Source: Octopus sinensis (Eukaryota). Taken from it: a stretch of DNA of 64,000 bases. Below, one piece after another: positions 26,806 through 40,354 of this stretch (the stretch's first letter is position 1; every line of letters starts with the position of its first letter). Location of the stretch: contig NC_043019.1 of NCBI RefSeq assembly GCF_006345805.1, positions 62,001-126,000 of the forward strand. Reading direction: 5' to 3'. The translations under genes were made by a program, and so were the position numbers. Under the pieces are notes generated by a model, which saw only the letters and a program-made list of their open reading frames with translations, was not told where the DNA came from and did not search any database.

Positions 26806-27371
26806 TTGGGTCGTCTAGAAAGTTTGTGCCGATTTATAGTAGCTTACATTTCGACTTATTTTAGAACATGGTTGAGTCCATAAAATAGGATTTGACTACA
26901 CCTCCATTTAGAGCACAGTTTAAGCTATCTTTTCGTGGAAGAAAGTTTATGTTCCTATAACCTGTGTTAATTCTGTAACCCTTTAAAATGGAAGATAAGA
27001 AAGTTCATTTTCGGCACTTGATGATTTGGGAACCAGACAAAAATTGCTGCAGCTCAGCTGGGATGTGTTACCCCACCCTCCACATTCACCAGATATTGCT
27101 CCTTCAGATTTCCACTTATTCAGGTCCATGCAGAATAGTCTTAATGGTCAAAATTTCAATTCCTTGGATGACGTAAAAAGATACCTTGATGAATTGTTTG
27201 CCATGAAACCACCTCAATTCTGGGAAGATGGTATTTTCAAGTTAAAGGAAAGATGGAGATGCATTGTGCAACAAAATGGTTCATATTTGGTTGATTAAAA
27301 ATGTAATGGCAAGTATTTATTGACCTTTTTCTCTCCTTTAAAAATCGGCACAAACTTTCCGGACAACCCAA
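26806..27371 (+). mobile_element. Internally deleted mariner element
   Basis: TIRs TTGGGTCGTCTAGAAAGTTTGTGCCGATTT / reverse, TA flanks; HPPHSPDIAPSDFHLF motif. Confidence 0.9.
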
Positions 27372-27458
27372 TAAAATGTAAACGTTAGTATAGTTATAAT
27401 CCATGATAATTGCAGGAGCATGACATGAATCTAATCGGGTAGCTAGTCGACATCTTCA

Positions 27459-28410
27459 CGAATCATTCCAAAACGTAATTCAACATCCAACATCTATGGC
27501 CATTTCGGGAGTTCATTGTCATTGCCTCCATGCATGCTATATGCGTCTTAGGCAATGGCCCCCTCATCAGGATGAACAGAGTTTCAATGGGTTACACATT
27601 TTAAAGTTACTGTATGGGCTTGAACTGCTATTTATAATACAACTTTTAACCGGATTAGTCCAAAAATACTAAAAAAAAAACCCCAGTTTTTAAAAAATTT
27701 AATTATATGGCAAACAAACTAGGTGGCTTCCATTCGTGTGAATTTAAATATCCGGTTTCAAAATCTAGTAATGTAATACTATTTAACTCCTTTAATCGTT
27801 TCCCTATATATTTATACAAAAGTCGAAGAAAATTTATGATTACAGGAGAGTATTAGCTCAGTGAATTTATTTAATGTTTTAGGTCCAAAAGTTTTGAGAA
27901 TGGCATGAGATTCCCTTACAGTAACTTTACGGATTCCATGGACAGCGAGGCTCACCAATGGAGAAGTTCTTAAGCAGATCAGGCCGAAAATGTCACTAGA
28001 AGCTAGGATCACCAAGCATAGATTGGTATATTTTGATCATATTATGCGGAGGAAATCCCTGGAGAAGGACATCATGCTTGGAATGGTCAGTGGCAAGAGA
28101 GGAAGAGGCCGACCAAGAACCCGCTGGCTTGACACCATCAAGAGTGATACCGGAATGGACATAGCCAATCTGAAAGAAGCGGCCCAGGATAGAACTGACT
28201 GGAGGAAACTGATCCATGGAGTAACCGAGAGTCGACTTCGACTGAGCGGATAGATAGATAGAACTTTAAAATGTGTAACTCTTTGAAACTCTGTTCATCC
28301 TGATGGGGGGGTCATTGCCTAAGACACGTATAGCATGCATGGATGCAACAACAATGAACTCCCGAAATGGCCATAGATGTTGGATGTTGAATTACGTTTT
28401 GGAATGATTC
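27459..28410. repeat. ~150-bp inverted repeats (27459-27608 / 28262-28410) enclosing an RTE fragment
   Basis: GAATCATTCCAAAACGTAATTCAACATCC... and its reverse complement. Confidence 0.8.
27960..28261 (+). mobile_element. RTE (BovB-like) LINE 3' end
   Basis: RLVYFDHIMRRKSLEKDIMLG..GKRGRGRPRTRWLD...DRTDWR; (ATAG)n tail. Confidence 0.88.
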
Positions 28411-28699
28411 ATAGTTGGATATAATTTTCATTTTAAATACTTTCCTCTTTAAATTTTTAGTTGATTTGCTTACTGTAATAATCTTTTTTTAGATAATTTT
28501 TAGTCAACTTTTATATGAATTTTTAAAAACTTTATTGTACTTATCTACTGATTCTTTCCCTGGATTTGTATTGATCTATGACCATCGTTCCCTTAACGCA
28601 AATCATAAATGGCAACACGCTGAGTATATCTACTGCTAGTGGATAAAACTGGGTGAGCTTATTCTCTGTAATGGAGCTAATATTTTCAACAACCACAAC

Positions 28700-29110
28700 T
28701 CATTCTGGAAATTGGCTGACGGACGGGCCGGTCAAGTTGCTTGGAGTCTGGTTCGGTTCGGACCTGCAAACGAAGAAGAACTGGGACGAGATAACCAGTT
28801 GGTTGGCCACTCTCTCCAGGCAATGAGCAGAGAGGAAGCTGTCCCTAAAAGGTCGGGTGGAGGTGGCGAACGCGTACATCGCGCCCGTCAACTACTACCA
28901 CCTGACCGTCGTGCCTTGTCCCGACCCTATCATCACCAAACTGGAACGCATCTTCTTCTGTTTCTTCTGGAAAGGAAGCGTTTGGATAGTCCGGCGATCC
29001 GTTTGCTACCAACACCTGCTGAAAGGTGCCCTGAGACTGCGACATCTCTGGCTCTACATAGACGATGGTGAACAGATGTGGTCACCGTTTGCTTGAAGCG
29101 CTTTCCCGCA
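28700..29110 (+). pseudogene. L1/Tx1-clade LINE ORF2 fragment
   Basis: VKLLGVWFG...NW...RKLSLKGRVEVANAYIAP...FFWKG pattern with an in-frame stop. Confidence 0.75.
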
Positions 29111-29411
29111 GCTGGTCTCCATGACCGAGTTGCAGTTGTGAATTGAATTATCTATTTGAAAATATAGCCATGAAACGTGCGTAATGTTTTTACTACTGTT
29201 TACTATTTATTATACTTTATTGATTTAAAATAATTTTTTTTATAGTATATGTTTTCTATATGGTGTGAATAACATCTTTCTTTATTGAATTGTTTAATAT
29301 TGGTTTTTCTCTAAATTATATACATATATTACATATTGTGAAATTTGATTTTAAATTGTTAAATTGAATTTTTCCCTGTAAGTTTTGGAATTATATTCCC
29401 TATTATTATTA

Positions 29412-29443
<32 letters not shown>

Positions 29444-29461
29444 ATTATTATTATTATTATT

Positions 29462-29920
29462 CTATGTTTGACTTTTGCTTTATATTTGTACAAGTTGGCT
29501 CCAAGTCTCACCCAGAGACCTCAAGAGACAACAGGGTTGGAAGTTCATGTTGTTGTTATGCCTAGTGTGCCATATATTTGGGGGGGTGGGGGTGTTGTAC
29601 TAATGAATGTCTAAAAAAAAAAGTTGTATTTTTTTGTTTTTTTTTAAACCGAAAATTATGTTTGTTTTAAACCTTGAGATTACATAGAGAGTATTTTGCG
29701 TAGGATATGAGCATTTCCCATGAGCACTATCTTTTGAACTTCTGCCATTTTTGGGTTTCCTGGTATCTGAGTTAGGTAGCTATCAGCCCCTTTTGCTATC
29801 ATTCCCAGGGCACCTATGACAACAGGTATTGTTTTAGTCTTCAGCTTCCACATTTTGCTGATTTCTATTTCAAGATCTTTATATTTGCTCAGTTTTTGGT
29901 AGGTCTTGACAGATACGTTT
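29462..29920 (-). mobile_element. R4/Dong-like non-LTR 3' end embedded in (TAA)n
   Basis: KYKDLEIEISKMW...PVVIGALG...VQKIVLMGNAHILRK (restriction-like endonuclease C-terminus); (TTA)n on both sides. A related fragment lies at ~30190-30340. Confidence 0.75.
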
Positions 29921-29921
29921 A

Positions 29922-30033
<112 letters not shown>

Positions 30034-30483
30034 TTTTCCTTTCTTCAAATTTTCTTCCGTTTCTCGCCGAGTGTTTTCCATACACCTAGGGCAGAGAAGG
30101 GCATTGTATGCATACCCAGATTACACGCGCAAATTCACAGATAAAATATGTATTTAAAAATTAACAAATAAATGAATTCATGGATGGATGTTATTTTCAC
30201 AGCGATATGGCTCTTCTCAGTACATGAGCCGTTCCAGTTAATGCGATTTTTTGCACTTCCTGTAGGGATGGTGAGCCTGGAATCACTTTCAAATAGGTTT
30301 CAGTACTTTTTTTTTTATCATTCCTAGAGATTCTACAATCACTGCTACTGTAGTCCATCATCATCATCATCATCACCATCACCACCACCACCACCACACC
30401 ACCACCACCACCACCACCACCACCCTCATCATCATCATTATCATCATCATCATTATTATTGTTGTTGTTGTTATATATATATT

Positions 30484-30981
30484 CTTTTATTCTTTTATTT
30501 GTTTCAGTCATTTAACTGCGGCTATGCTGGAGCACCGCCTTCAGTCGAGTAAATCAGCTCCAGGACTTACTTATTCTTTGTAATCCTAGCATCATTCATC
30601 ATTGTTCGACCGTGGTCAAGACAATGGAATTTACCATGCTACGCCAGACTTCACGGTCCATCATGGCATTACGGAGGTCCTGTTGCTGGATGCCTGTATC
30701 CCTGGAGATTACATCAGGGTAGGAGAGTGTGTGCCCTCTGGTATTGCGTGTAGATGGCTTCCAGAGGAGAAGAGTAGAAATTACCTCTTTTTCAGCTCTA
30801 CAACAATGTCCAGCAAATTGGACTCTCTTACCTTTCACAAGAGATGACACAGGTGGTAGATTCCCATATATTTGCATAATCCTAGCACTTATTCCATTGG
30901 TCACTTTTGCCGAACCACTAAGTTACGGAGACGTAAACACACCAACATCAGTTATCAAGCAATGTTGGAGGGACAAACACC

Positions 30982-31014
<33 letters not shown>

Positions 31015-31205
31015 ACGCACACGCACACACATATATATACATATACGATGGGCTTCTTCCAGTTTCCGTCTACCAAATCCACTTACAAGGCTTTGGTTGG
31101 CCCAAGGCTATAGCAGAAGACACATACCCAAGGTGTCACGAATAGGACTGAACCCAGAACTATGTGGTAGGTAACCAAGTTACTTACCACACAGCTACTC
31201 CTGTG
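30484..31205 (-). mobile_element. SINE family A copy interrupted by an RTE insertion
   Basis: SINE tail at 30484-30591 and remainder at 30877-31205. Confidence 0.8.
30592..30876 (-). mobile_element. 5'-truncated RTE LINE with 11-bp TSD
   Basis: KRVQFAGHC...DREVWRSMV C-terminus; TSD TAATCCTAGCA at 30581-30591 and 30877-30887. Confidence 0.85.
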
Positions 31206-32178
31206 CCTAGAAAAATAACGTCCCCTGGGTGGGTCTTCTTTCAGTTTCCGTCCACCAAATCTACCCACAAAGCTTTGGTTGGCCTGAAGCTATTGTAGAA
31301 GACATTTGCCCAAAGTATCATGTAATGGAACTGAACCTGGGACTACGGGGTTGGAAAGCAAACTTCTTAATATACAGCCATGTCTTATATGAACATATAT
31401 TCTTTTATTCTTTTAATCCTTTATTATTGTACTTGCTTCAGTTATCTGACTGTGCCCATGATGGAGCACCACATTTAGTTGAAGAAATCAACCCCAGGAT
31501 TTATTCTTTGTAAGCCTAGTACTTATTCTATTGGACCGTAGTCTGAGATGGACGTTTCGATTGCATGGGAGTATCTGATAGTAGAGTGGGGTGCAAAAGC
31601 ATCAAAATCCTGCTCAGATGCTTTCTTCTGTCTGACAGATACCAACTAAATAACACGAATGTACCAATGTGAACTTGGACAGATTGCATCGATTCATCTT
31701 GATCGCACTTAGAGTATTTTGTAGGCCAGCGGATAAGGATAGTATAGGTTGACCATAATTTCACATGGTCGGCTACACAGTGCATGACCTTGCAGGTGGG
31801 GCCCAGTTAGAATTTTCTTCTGGTCGAGTAGCTCATCCCACTCAAAAGGTCCCTGAATAAGGGTTGTTTAAGGATGTCGAACGAACCACCCATGTTTCAA
31901 AAGGTGAATTATCCAAACCCCAAAGAATCCCTCTCAACACATGGCTATGATGCTCCCCCACTACCTCTGCTCATGATCAGAGATGCACATATCATCAGCC
32001 ACTAAGGGACATGCTCAACTGGTTAAGGTCAAACAACTGACAAGCAAATCTGTGGTATTGAGCACAATATTTGCTGTAGCCCATCTTTTATACCAAGACA
32101 AAACAATGTACATGATTACACTTCCAATCAGTTTAGATCAGAAGCCATGAGAGCCACTGCCTGGTACTGTATCAGGGC

Positions 32179-32227
<49 letters not shown>

Positions 32228-32262
32228 CATTATTATTGTTATTGCTATTGCTATTATTATTA

Positions 32263-32301
<39 letters not shown>

Positions 32302-32941
32302 TATTATTATTATTATTATTGTTGTTGTTGTTGCCATGAGGATGCATAGCCTAGTGATTAGAGCCTTGCACTCATGATCGTGAAATTGTGGTTTCAAATC
32401 CTAAACCGGGTGGTGTTTTGTGTTCTTGAGCAAAACACTCATAGGTTGTCTTCGACGGGAGAGTCCATCATTATTTTTATATGGGTGGCAAGCTGGCACA
32501 ATTGTCGGCATGCTGGGGAAAATGCTTAGGAGCATTTCTTCCAGCTCTTTACGTTCTGAGTTCAAATTCTAACGAGGTTCACTTTGCCTTTTATCCTTCC
32601 AAGGTCGACAAAATGAGTACTAGTTGAGCACTAGGGTTGATGTACTTGATTTGTGCTCCCTCCACCAACCCCTCCCCCCAAATTACTGGCCTTGTGCTCC
32701 CTCCACCAACCACCCCCCAAATTACTGGCCTTGTGCCAAAATTTGAAACCATCATTATAATTATCTTGAATAACACTGTGTAATACAACTTTTGTTCTTG
32801 GGTAGCATTGATTTAGCCTTCAAGTGACGCCACCCCGCTGGCTAAGCGAGCAAGCCAACAAACACACACAATAAACACACACAACGCCCGGTCTGGGAAT
32901 CGAAACCGCGATGCTCCGACCGTGAGTCCGCTGCCCTAACA

Positions 32942-33014
<73 letters not shown>

Positions 33015-33028
<14 letters not shown>

Positions 33029-33624
33029 TCAACTTGTGTGTCTGTGTGTGTATCTGTGTATGTGTCTGTGTGTTTAACTTCCCGGCACATCTCCTCCTAG
33101 CCAACAAATCGTAGAACCACAAAAAATGGGTCACTTAAAGTTTAGGCGAATGAAAATTGAACTGTTGAACTGTTCCGAAATTCATCTCGCAAGTGCAAAA
33201 ATCGATAATGTGTTTGTTTAGGCCTTATCCCATGCATTGAATAGTGAACTTTACTCAGTCAGCTGTTTGACGTGAACTGTGTTCACCACGCGTGCAAGCA
33301 TGCGTAAATTGCATGAAAAATAAAAAAAATCAAGATATAAAAACGAATCGCCGGAAACATTGTAGAAATTCGGCAAAGAAATGAATTTTCGGGATGTAGC
33401 CTGGAGGGTTTTTTCTTATTAATCGTTTGGACTTTGTGAACACATACCAATTGTTTTCATTACATTTTTTAAGCTTTGAATTAAATGTGACCATTGTGCG
33501 GTGAGTCTGCAGTTTGAATCACTTTAATCAAAATTTAGCTTGCCGGATTTTTGATCATCACGATACATCAGCGACTCCCTGAAACTCTACCCTGAAATCC
33601 CCGTTGAGCCGGGCAATACTGCTA

Positions 33625-33625
<1 letters not shown>
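33015..33625 (+). mobile_element. Non-autonomous Helitron-like element
   Basis: 3' CCCGTTGAGCCGGG hairpin plus CTAG|T; 5' end merges into (TA)n. Confidence 0.6.
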
Positions 33626-33671
<46 letters not shown>

Positions 33672-34659
33672 AATGAGGGTGAAAAATTGATATTAATTTA
33701 ATAATACCATTAATTTAACACCGAGTGGCTTAGCACAAAAAACTATGGAGAAAATACAAATTTATACATAAATTATTAGAGAGTTAACCACTATGTGGAT
33801 AACTCTAGTGCTAAAAATAGCTCCGATAGTATAGCCACAGAAAAGATGTTTCCAACTAGAATTAACATACATTTAACGGAAGGAAAGTGAAATACAACGA
33901 ATAAATAGATTGACCCTGAACAAATTGTTTCATTACTAATGTAATATGTAGTTTTACTTACATACACATCTATAAATCTTCAGCAGAGGTTTGTCTTAAA
34001 TGCAATTAATTAGATCGACCCGAGCGTCAAAAACACGAGCGGTTTAACGAATTGCATTTTTAGTTATGCCTCAAATTCCGCGCCAAAAGCATGCATATAT
34101 ATATATAGCAGAAGCGACTCCAAGTTATCAGCATCACTCAGGCCCATCACAGATTTCGCATAAGACACATGAATTTCCTTGAAGAATTTCATGCTTTTCT
34201 GCAATATTTCTAGCCCCAAAGGCTTATTTTTTATACCTAGCACCATGTCCTTCTCCATTTCTAAGTTAACTGTAAAAATAAAGCAACCCTGCAAAACATA
34301 ACTGATCTTTACACACAGCTACACAGAATAACAACAATCAAATAATGACAGCAGAGTGCACAACAAACATCAGCGATCTGACTGTCACCCGTATTCTTAA
34401 CAAGAAATGCCAGTTAGTCTTTTGCACCTACCAGGCTCATTCGTATTATCCTGAGTTGCTGGATAATTTTTCCATTCCTTTAAGAATATTATAGAACGGA
34501 ACATTTTCGAAGATTGGAATTTAAATCCTAATGTCTAAAGTAAGTTATAGTTTCAAGAAAACATTGAAATTGAATTATTTATTATTATTATCAACAGAGC
34601 TAATAGCCCTGATTTTTCTCACGTTTATGCTTATTGTAACAGCTATATTTTCTATTGCT

Positions 34660-34890
34660 GGGGGCGGTGAGCTGGCAGACACTTTAGCGCACCGGGCGAA
34701 ATGCTTAGCGGTATTTCGTCTGCCGTTACGTTCTGAGTTCAAATTCCGCCGAGGTCGCCTTTGCCTGTCATCCTTTCGGGGTCGATAAATAAAGTTCCAG
34801 TTTCGCACTGGGGTCGATTTGATCGACTCAATCCCTTTGTCTGTCCTTGTTTGCCCCCTCTATGTTTAGCCCCTTGTGGACAATAAAGAA
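34660..34890 (+). mobile_element. tRNA-derived SINE family B
   Basis: GGCGGTGAGCTGGCAG...GAGTTCAAATTCC head. Fragments also at ~10170, 32490, 52140(-), 54485 and 61940. Confidence 0.8.
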
Positions 34891-35090
34891 ATGTATATTT
34901 TCTATTGCATTGAACATCCTACTCCACTGTTATTTATGTCACTTCATTAATAGACATTATCCAGTTCCTATAGGGAGCCTTAGACACTTATATATATATA
35001 AATACATATTGCACACACACACACACACACATTTAAATGAATAAAACATGTAGAAAAATGAAAAAGAAAACATGAAAAAGAAGCCATTAC

Positions 35091-35218
35091 CGGAAAGCTA
35101 GAAGAATGTTTTTCTGTGGTAGAGTGAAGTCATCATCTAGACTAAAAATTGCATCAGTTCTTATAATGTCGAATGGCAAAAATCGATTATTTAGACTGTT
35201 CTTACCACATGCAACAAC
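35091..35218 (-). CDS. EXTL3: EXTL3-like coding exon 4 (128 bp, phase 0-2)
   Basis: caaacag|GTT...TTC CG|gtaatg; VVACGKNSLNNRFLPFDIIRTDAIFSLDDDFTLPQKNILLAF (NSLNNRF and DDD motifs). Absent from the ORF track. Confidence 0.93.
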
Positions 35219-36404
35219 CTGTTTGAACAAAAAGATTTTAGGAAAGACAGAGTTTTAGAACAAGATTAAATATTAAAGCTTACTCTAAAAATATTCCCAA
35301 AGTTCTCAGTGAGATGAAAGAAACCATCAAACATTGAAATTGGGTCTCTACCAGTCATATGACCTACTAAAAATCACTACAGTGAAATCTAATTCAGGCA
35401 TCTAATTAGCCATCTTAGATAATGTGTTTTTACATTTCCACAAAAGGATGGAGTGATGGTCGCAGCTGGTATGTTCTCCTGCTTAATAACCGTGGCAAAA
35501 CAATAATGAAAATTTCGTGAATAATTGATTAACGAAAATGTTGCCCACATCACACTTAGTAGGGACGTGTGGCTTTGTGGTTAGGGTGTTGGATCGATGA
35601 CTGCATGATTGTGGTTTCGATTCCTGAACTGGGCAATGTGTTTCGTTCTTGAGGAAAACACATCACTTTACATTGTTCCAGTCCATTCAGTTTGTAAAAA
35701 TAAGCAATCCTGAAATGGAATGGTGTTCCATCCAGTGGGTAATATATCAAGTAATCACATGACCAACTAGACTATGAGACGTTGCTACACATCGCTGGTT
35801 ACAATGCACTTTACATCATTTTCGCCTTCGAATGATGCCACCCTGTTGGCTAGGAGAGCAGTGCAATGTTCCTCCCCGGTTCTGATTGAAAGGGGGACTG
35901 AAGCAATGTGAAATGAAGTCTTTTGCCCAAGAATACAGTGTTCCACCTGGTCTAGGAATTGAACTCGCGATCTAGCAGTCAAGACTGCAATAACCTAACC
36001 ACTTGACCGCATGGTCCCAGAAGGTAATATATACTCCACAGGATCTGTGGAACTGGTTTTGTGACCGTATGTAACTCAGGAAGAAGCTTTATACTTTATT
36101 CATCACTCTCGGTGTTGTTGTTGTTGTTGTTGTTCAAAGGTGAACCTGAATTGAGCAGACTTATAATTGAGGACATTCCAACTTTGGCAATCCTGTCTAT
36201 TTCCTTTTTCTAGATATATAGTTTCAGGCATATATAGTTTCTTATGTGGTTAAGAAGAACGCTCGTGACCATGTTGTTTTCAGGTTCAATCCCAATGTGC
36301 TGTACCTTAGGCAAATCTATTACGAACCCCAGGCCGACCAATATCTTGTGAGTGAATTTGGTAGAAGGAAACGGCATGGAAACCTGTCACACATACACAC
36401 ATAC

Positions 36405-36449
<45 letters not shown>

Positions 36450-36459
36450 CAAATATATA

Positions 36460-36503
<44 letters not shown>

Positions 36504-36620
36504 ATAAATTCAGGGTGAATACTTGATAAATGTAAGCACCTGTATATGCCAGATAGTAGCATAGGTGAGAGGATATATGTATCAAATGAAATAAAATGAA
36601 AAACAGGATACAAAGGATGT

Positions 36621-36715
36621 TGCGATACATATGTTTCGAGCTTTATAGAACAACTTATTCTTACATCAATGCATAATCGACATAACAGATAGTTCAAAAG
36701 CCCTCTTCAGCCGCA
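36621..36715 (-). ncRNA. Type I hammerhead ribozyme motif (GUA site)
   Basis: TGCGG-CTGAAGA-GGGCTTT...AAAGCTC-GAAA-C(ATAT)G-TA-TCGCA; 5-bp stem I, 7-bp stem II base. Confidence 0.75.
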
Positions 36716-36807
36716 TGCAATTGCTACACCAAAGACTTGTATCACATTATGAAAGGTTTGAGAAAAAACATTTGATATTGTTTATAATGGTAGGTAAACC
36801 ATATATA

Positions 36808-36877
<70 letters not shown>

Positions 36878-37474
36878 TATTTACACATATGTGTATTAAT
36901 ATTCATGTATGTACGTACACACACATATTATATAGACACACACACACGCGCGCATGCATGAATGCATGCATGCACGCACACGCCCGCACACACACACACA
37001 CACATGTAGTCAACAGATGAGATCCACAGATTCTCAGATTAGAAAGCAATTAGTAACATTCAAATAATTTGAATTCAGCCTCTGATGTCTTTACGAGGGA
37101 CCAATTTCGCGGGGTAAAGATTGGCTATAAGAGGAATCAAGGTGAGAAGATATGCAAGCAATTATGTGAATAAACAAATTAAATATATATATAGCCTGAA
37201 TTTTACCTGCTCATTCCAAAATTTTGGATTTCTCTTTGTATACACAGCAATCTCTGCTGTTATCCATAAGCTGTAACACAATTGTTTTTACTTATCGAAC
37301 TTCAATACGGGAAAAATTTACAACCTTCTATGTAAATAAACCGCTATTGTTTCTGAAAGTTGTTTTTTATATCTTCTACAAACTGCTCAAACCTTACTTC
37401 ATCCTATACCTTGATCCTTGCATCTTAACTTCACATACCTATATATATATATATATATATATATATGAATAAAG

Positions 37475-37862
37475 AAATTCACGTCAGAAACACGGTTGAA
37501 GCGACCTATCCAGAGGTAGAAACTCCGGGTTAATGTGCAGTAATTTGTGTGATATAGCTGAATAAATAAATAAATGGAGTTGAACGAAGATGTTAATAAA
37601 ATTCCTTTACTTTCGACATATGTTTCGAAGACAACATAGTTTAATTCCAAAGGATTCAACGGTGAAAGATTCAATCTTCTCATCAGGAAAGAATAAAACC
37701 ATGTTGCTTCGAAACATATGTCGAAAGTAAAGGAATTTTATTAACATCTTCGTTCAACTCCATTTATTTATTTATTCAGCTATATCACACAAATTACTGC
37801 ACATTAACCCGGAGTTTCTACCTCTGGATAGGTCGCTTCAACCGTGTTTCTGACGTGAATTT
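37475..37862. repeat. Fold-back inverted repeat, ~163-bp arms, 63-bp spacer
   Basis: 37475-37637 is the reverse complement of 37701-37862 (1 indel seen). Confidence 0.92.
37610..37691 (-). ncRNA. Canonical type I hammerhead ribozyme motif (GUC site)
   Basis: CTTTC-CTGATGA-GAAGA...TCTTC-GAAA-C(ATAT)G-TC-GAAAG; all core nucleotides intact. Confidence 0.8.
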
Positions 37863-38012
37863 GCTACCCTGGTAACAGTTCATTGAATTTTCCATGTTAA
37901 CGGTAAACATAGGATGATTCATTCACCCATCGAAATATATATATATATATATATGTATATTATACATAGTACTGTTCCATTAGTGATAAGATCACATCTA
38001 TCAATCTATCTA

Positions 38013-38043
<31 letters not shown>

Positions 38044-38561
38044 CGCTATCTCTCTATCTATCTATCTATTTATCTATCTATCAATTTATCTCAGTAATGG
38101 CTGAACGCTAAGAAATTTGCTGTTCGACCACATGTAATCTTGGGTTCAGTCCTGCTGTGTGGAACCTAAGGCAAGTGTCCTCTACTATAGCCATGGGCTG
38201 ACCAAAACCCTGTAAGTGGATTTGGTAGGTGGAAACTGGAAGAAGCCCATCTTGTATACAAACATATGTATAAATCTATGTGTGTGTGTCTCTGTTTGTG
38301 TTTGTCCCTGCACCAGTTTGATAACTGTTGTTGGTTTGTTTATGTCCCCTTGACATAGTGATCTGGTATAAAAGTCCGGTAGAAAATTACCAAGCTACAG
38401 GCGCAGAAGTGGCTGTGTGCTAAGTAGCTTGTTTACGAACCACATGGTTCAGAGTTCAGTTCCACTGCGTGGCACCTTGGGCAAGTGTCTTCTAATATAG
38501 CCTTGGGTCGACCAAAGCCTTGAGAGTGGATTTGGTAGACGGAAACTGAAAGCAGCCCGTC

Positions 38562-38607
<46 letters not shown>

Positions 38608-38780
38608 AATAAAATATTAGGGAATAAATCCAAATTTACAGGGAAAAATCAGATTTAGGATTGAATCCAATTTTATAGTAAAATATTATATAATATTAAT
38701 TAGAGACAAAACCACTATTTTGTAAATCAAACAAGGAAAGACTTAATCAATACATAAAAAAATTTTAATATAAAGTAAAT

Positions 38781-38829
38781 AAATTGCCACTACAATTGTT
38801 TCCTGCCTTCAAATGACATTCATCAGGTG
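38781..38829 (-). ncRNA. Type I hammerhead motif (left arm)
   Basis: TCAC-CTGATGA-A-TGTC(atttgaa)GGCA-G-GAAA-C(AATT)G-TA-GTGG. Confidence 0.65.
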
Positions 38830-38861
38830 ACTTCATAACTTTGAATTGAATGGAAGATATG

Positions 38862-38915
38862 AAATCCACCTGATGAATGTCATTTGAAGACAGGAAACAA
38901 TTGTAGTGGCGATTT
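38862..38915 (+). ncRNA. Type I hammerhead motif (right arm; GUA site after 38905)
   Basis: AAAT-CCAC-CTGATGA-A-TGTC(atttgaa)GACA-G-GAAA-C(AATT)G-TA-GTGG-cg-ATTT. Confidence 0.72.
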
Positions 38916-39003
38916 ATTTACTTTATATTAAATTTTTTTTATGTATTGATTAAGTCTTTCCTTGTTTGATTTACAAAATAGTGGTTTTGTCTCTAATTAA
39001 TAT

Positions 39004-39075
<72 letters not shown>

Positions 39076-39919
39076 TGTGTGTGTTTGTGTGTCTGTGATT
39101 GTCCCCCTAGCATTGCTTGACAACCGATGCTAGTGTGTTTATGGCCATGTTACTTAGCGGTTCGGCAAAAAGAGACCGATAGAATAAGTACTGGGCTTAC
39201 AAAAACAATAAGTCCTAGGGTCGAATTGCTCGATTAAAGGCGGTGCTCCAGCATGGCCGCAGTCATAATGTCTGAAACAAGTAAAAGAGTAAAAGAGTAA
39301 AGAGAGATATAAATATATAGATAAAGGCTGAAATAGGCACCGCCTAGAACTTTGAACAAGTGTCTTCTACCATAGCCTTCGGTCGAACAAAGCCTTGTGA
39401 GTGGATTTGGTAAATGGAAACTGAAAGAAGCCTGTTGTATGATGCACCAGCATGGCCACAGTCTTAGGGCTGAAACATGTGAATAAAAGGATGTATATAA
39501 GCACAGCGTGGCTGTGTGGTAAGAAGCTTGCTTACCATCTACATGATGCAAGGTTCAGTCCCACTGTGTAGCACCTTGAGCAAGTGTCTTCTATCATAGC
39601 CTCAAGTCTTGTGAGTGGATTTAGTAGATGGAAACTGAAAGAAGCCCATCGTATATATGTATATCTATATCTTTGCTTGTGTATTTTTATGTCTGTAGTT
39701 GTAGCCCCAACCAACTGCTTGACAACTGGAGTTGGCGTATTGACATTCTCATAACTTAGCAGTTTGGCAAAAGGGACTGATAGAATAAGTACTGTGCTTT
39801 CAAAAAATAGTAGTGGTGTTGATATATTTGAGTAAAATTTCTCCAAGATGATGCCCCTGCATGGCAGCAATCTAATGAGTGGACAATTAATAAGAAAAAG
39901 AAAGGACATACTTTCTTCA

Positions 39920-40335
39920 TAGGAGTAGGAGTGGCTGTGTGGTAAGTAGCTTGCTCACAAACCACATGGTTGTGGGTTCAGTCCCATTGCGTGACACTTT
40001 GGGCAAGTGTCTTCTACTATAGCCTCGGGCCGACCCGAGCCTTTTTGAATGGATTTGGCAGACGGAAACTGAAAGGAACCCGTCATATATATATGTATAT
40101 ATATATGTATGTGTGTGTGTGTGTATGTTTGTGTGTCTGTGTTTGTCCCCCCACCAACATCGCTTGACCACCGATGCTGGTGTGTTTACGTCCCCGTAAC
40201 TTAGCGGTTCGGCAAAAGAGACCGATAGAATAAGTACTAGGCTTACAAAGAATAAGTCCTGGGGTCGATTTGCTCGACTAAAGGCGGCGCTCTAGCATGG
40301 CCACTGTCACACGACTGAAACAAGTAAAGAGACAA
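39920..40335 (+). mobile_element. SINE family A, near full length; further copies at ~38090-38555 and 39075-39800
   Basis: Head, core, linker and tail recognisable; ends ~20 bp from the exon 3 donor. Confidence 0.85.
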
Positions 40336-40354
40336 AAAGAAAGAGTATACTTAC

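Larger units (their letters stand above)
38691..39005. repeat. Fold-back inverted repeat, ~139-bp arms, 37-bp spacer
   Basis: 38691-38829 versus 38867-39005. Confidence 0.92.

Noticed and set aside
27540-27600. CTGATGA on the minus strand (and CTGATGG at ~28290)
   Set aside because: No GAAA after the putative stem II; at best a dead hammerhead.
31790-32180. CTGATGA at ~31995(-) and an HDV-like looking 5' end
   Set aside because: No hammerhead stems or GAAA. The loop does not fit the HDV L3 consensus and there is no P1.1/P4. Treated as an unclassified repeat.
34064-34294. Non-repetitive minus-strand ORF behind a good acceptor (tttttacag|)
   Set aside because: No recognisable homology or convincing donor. 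The exon 4-5 junction already joins in phase and matches EXTL3.
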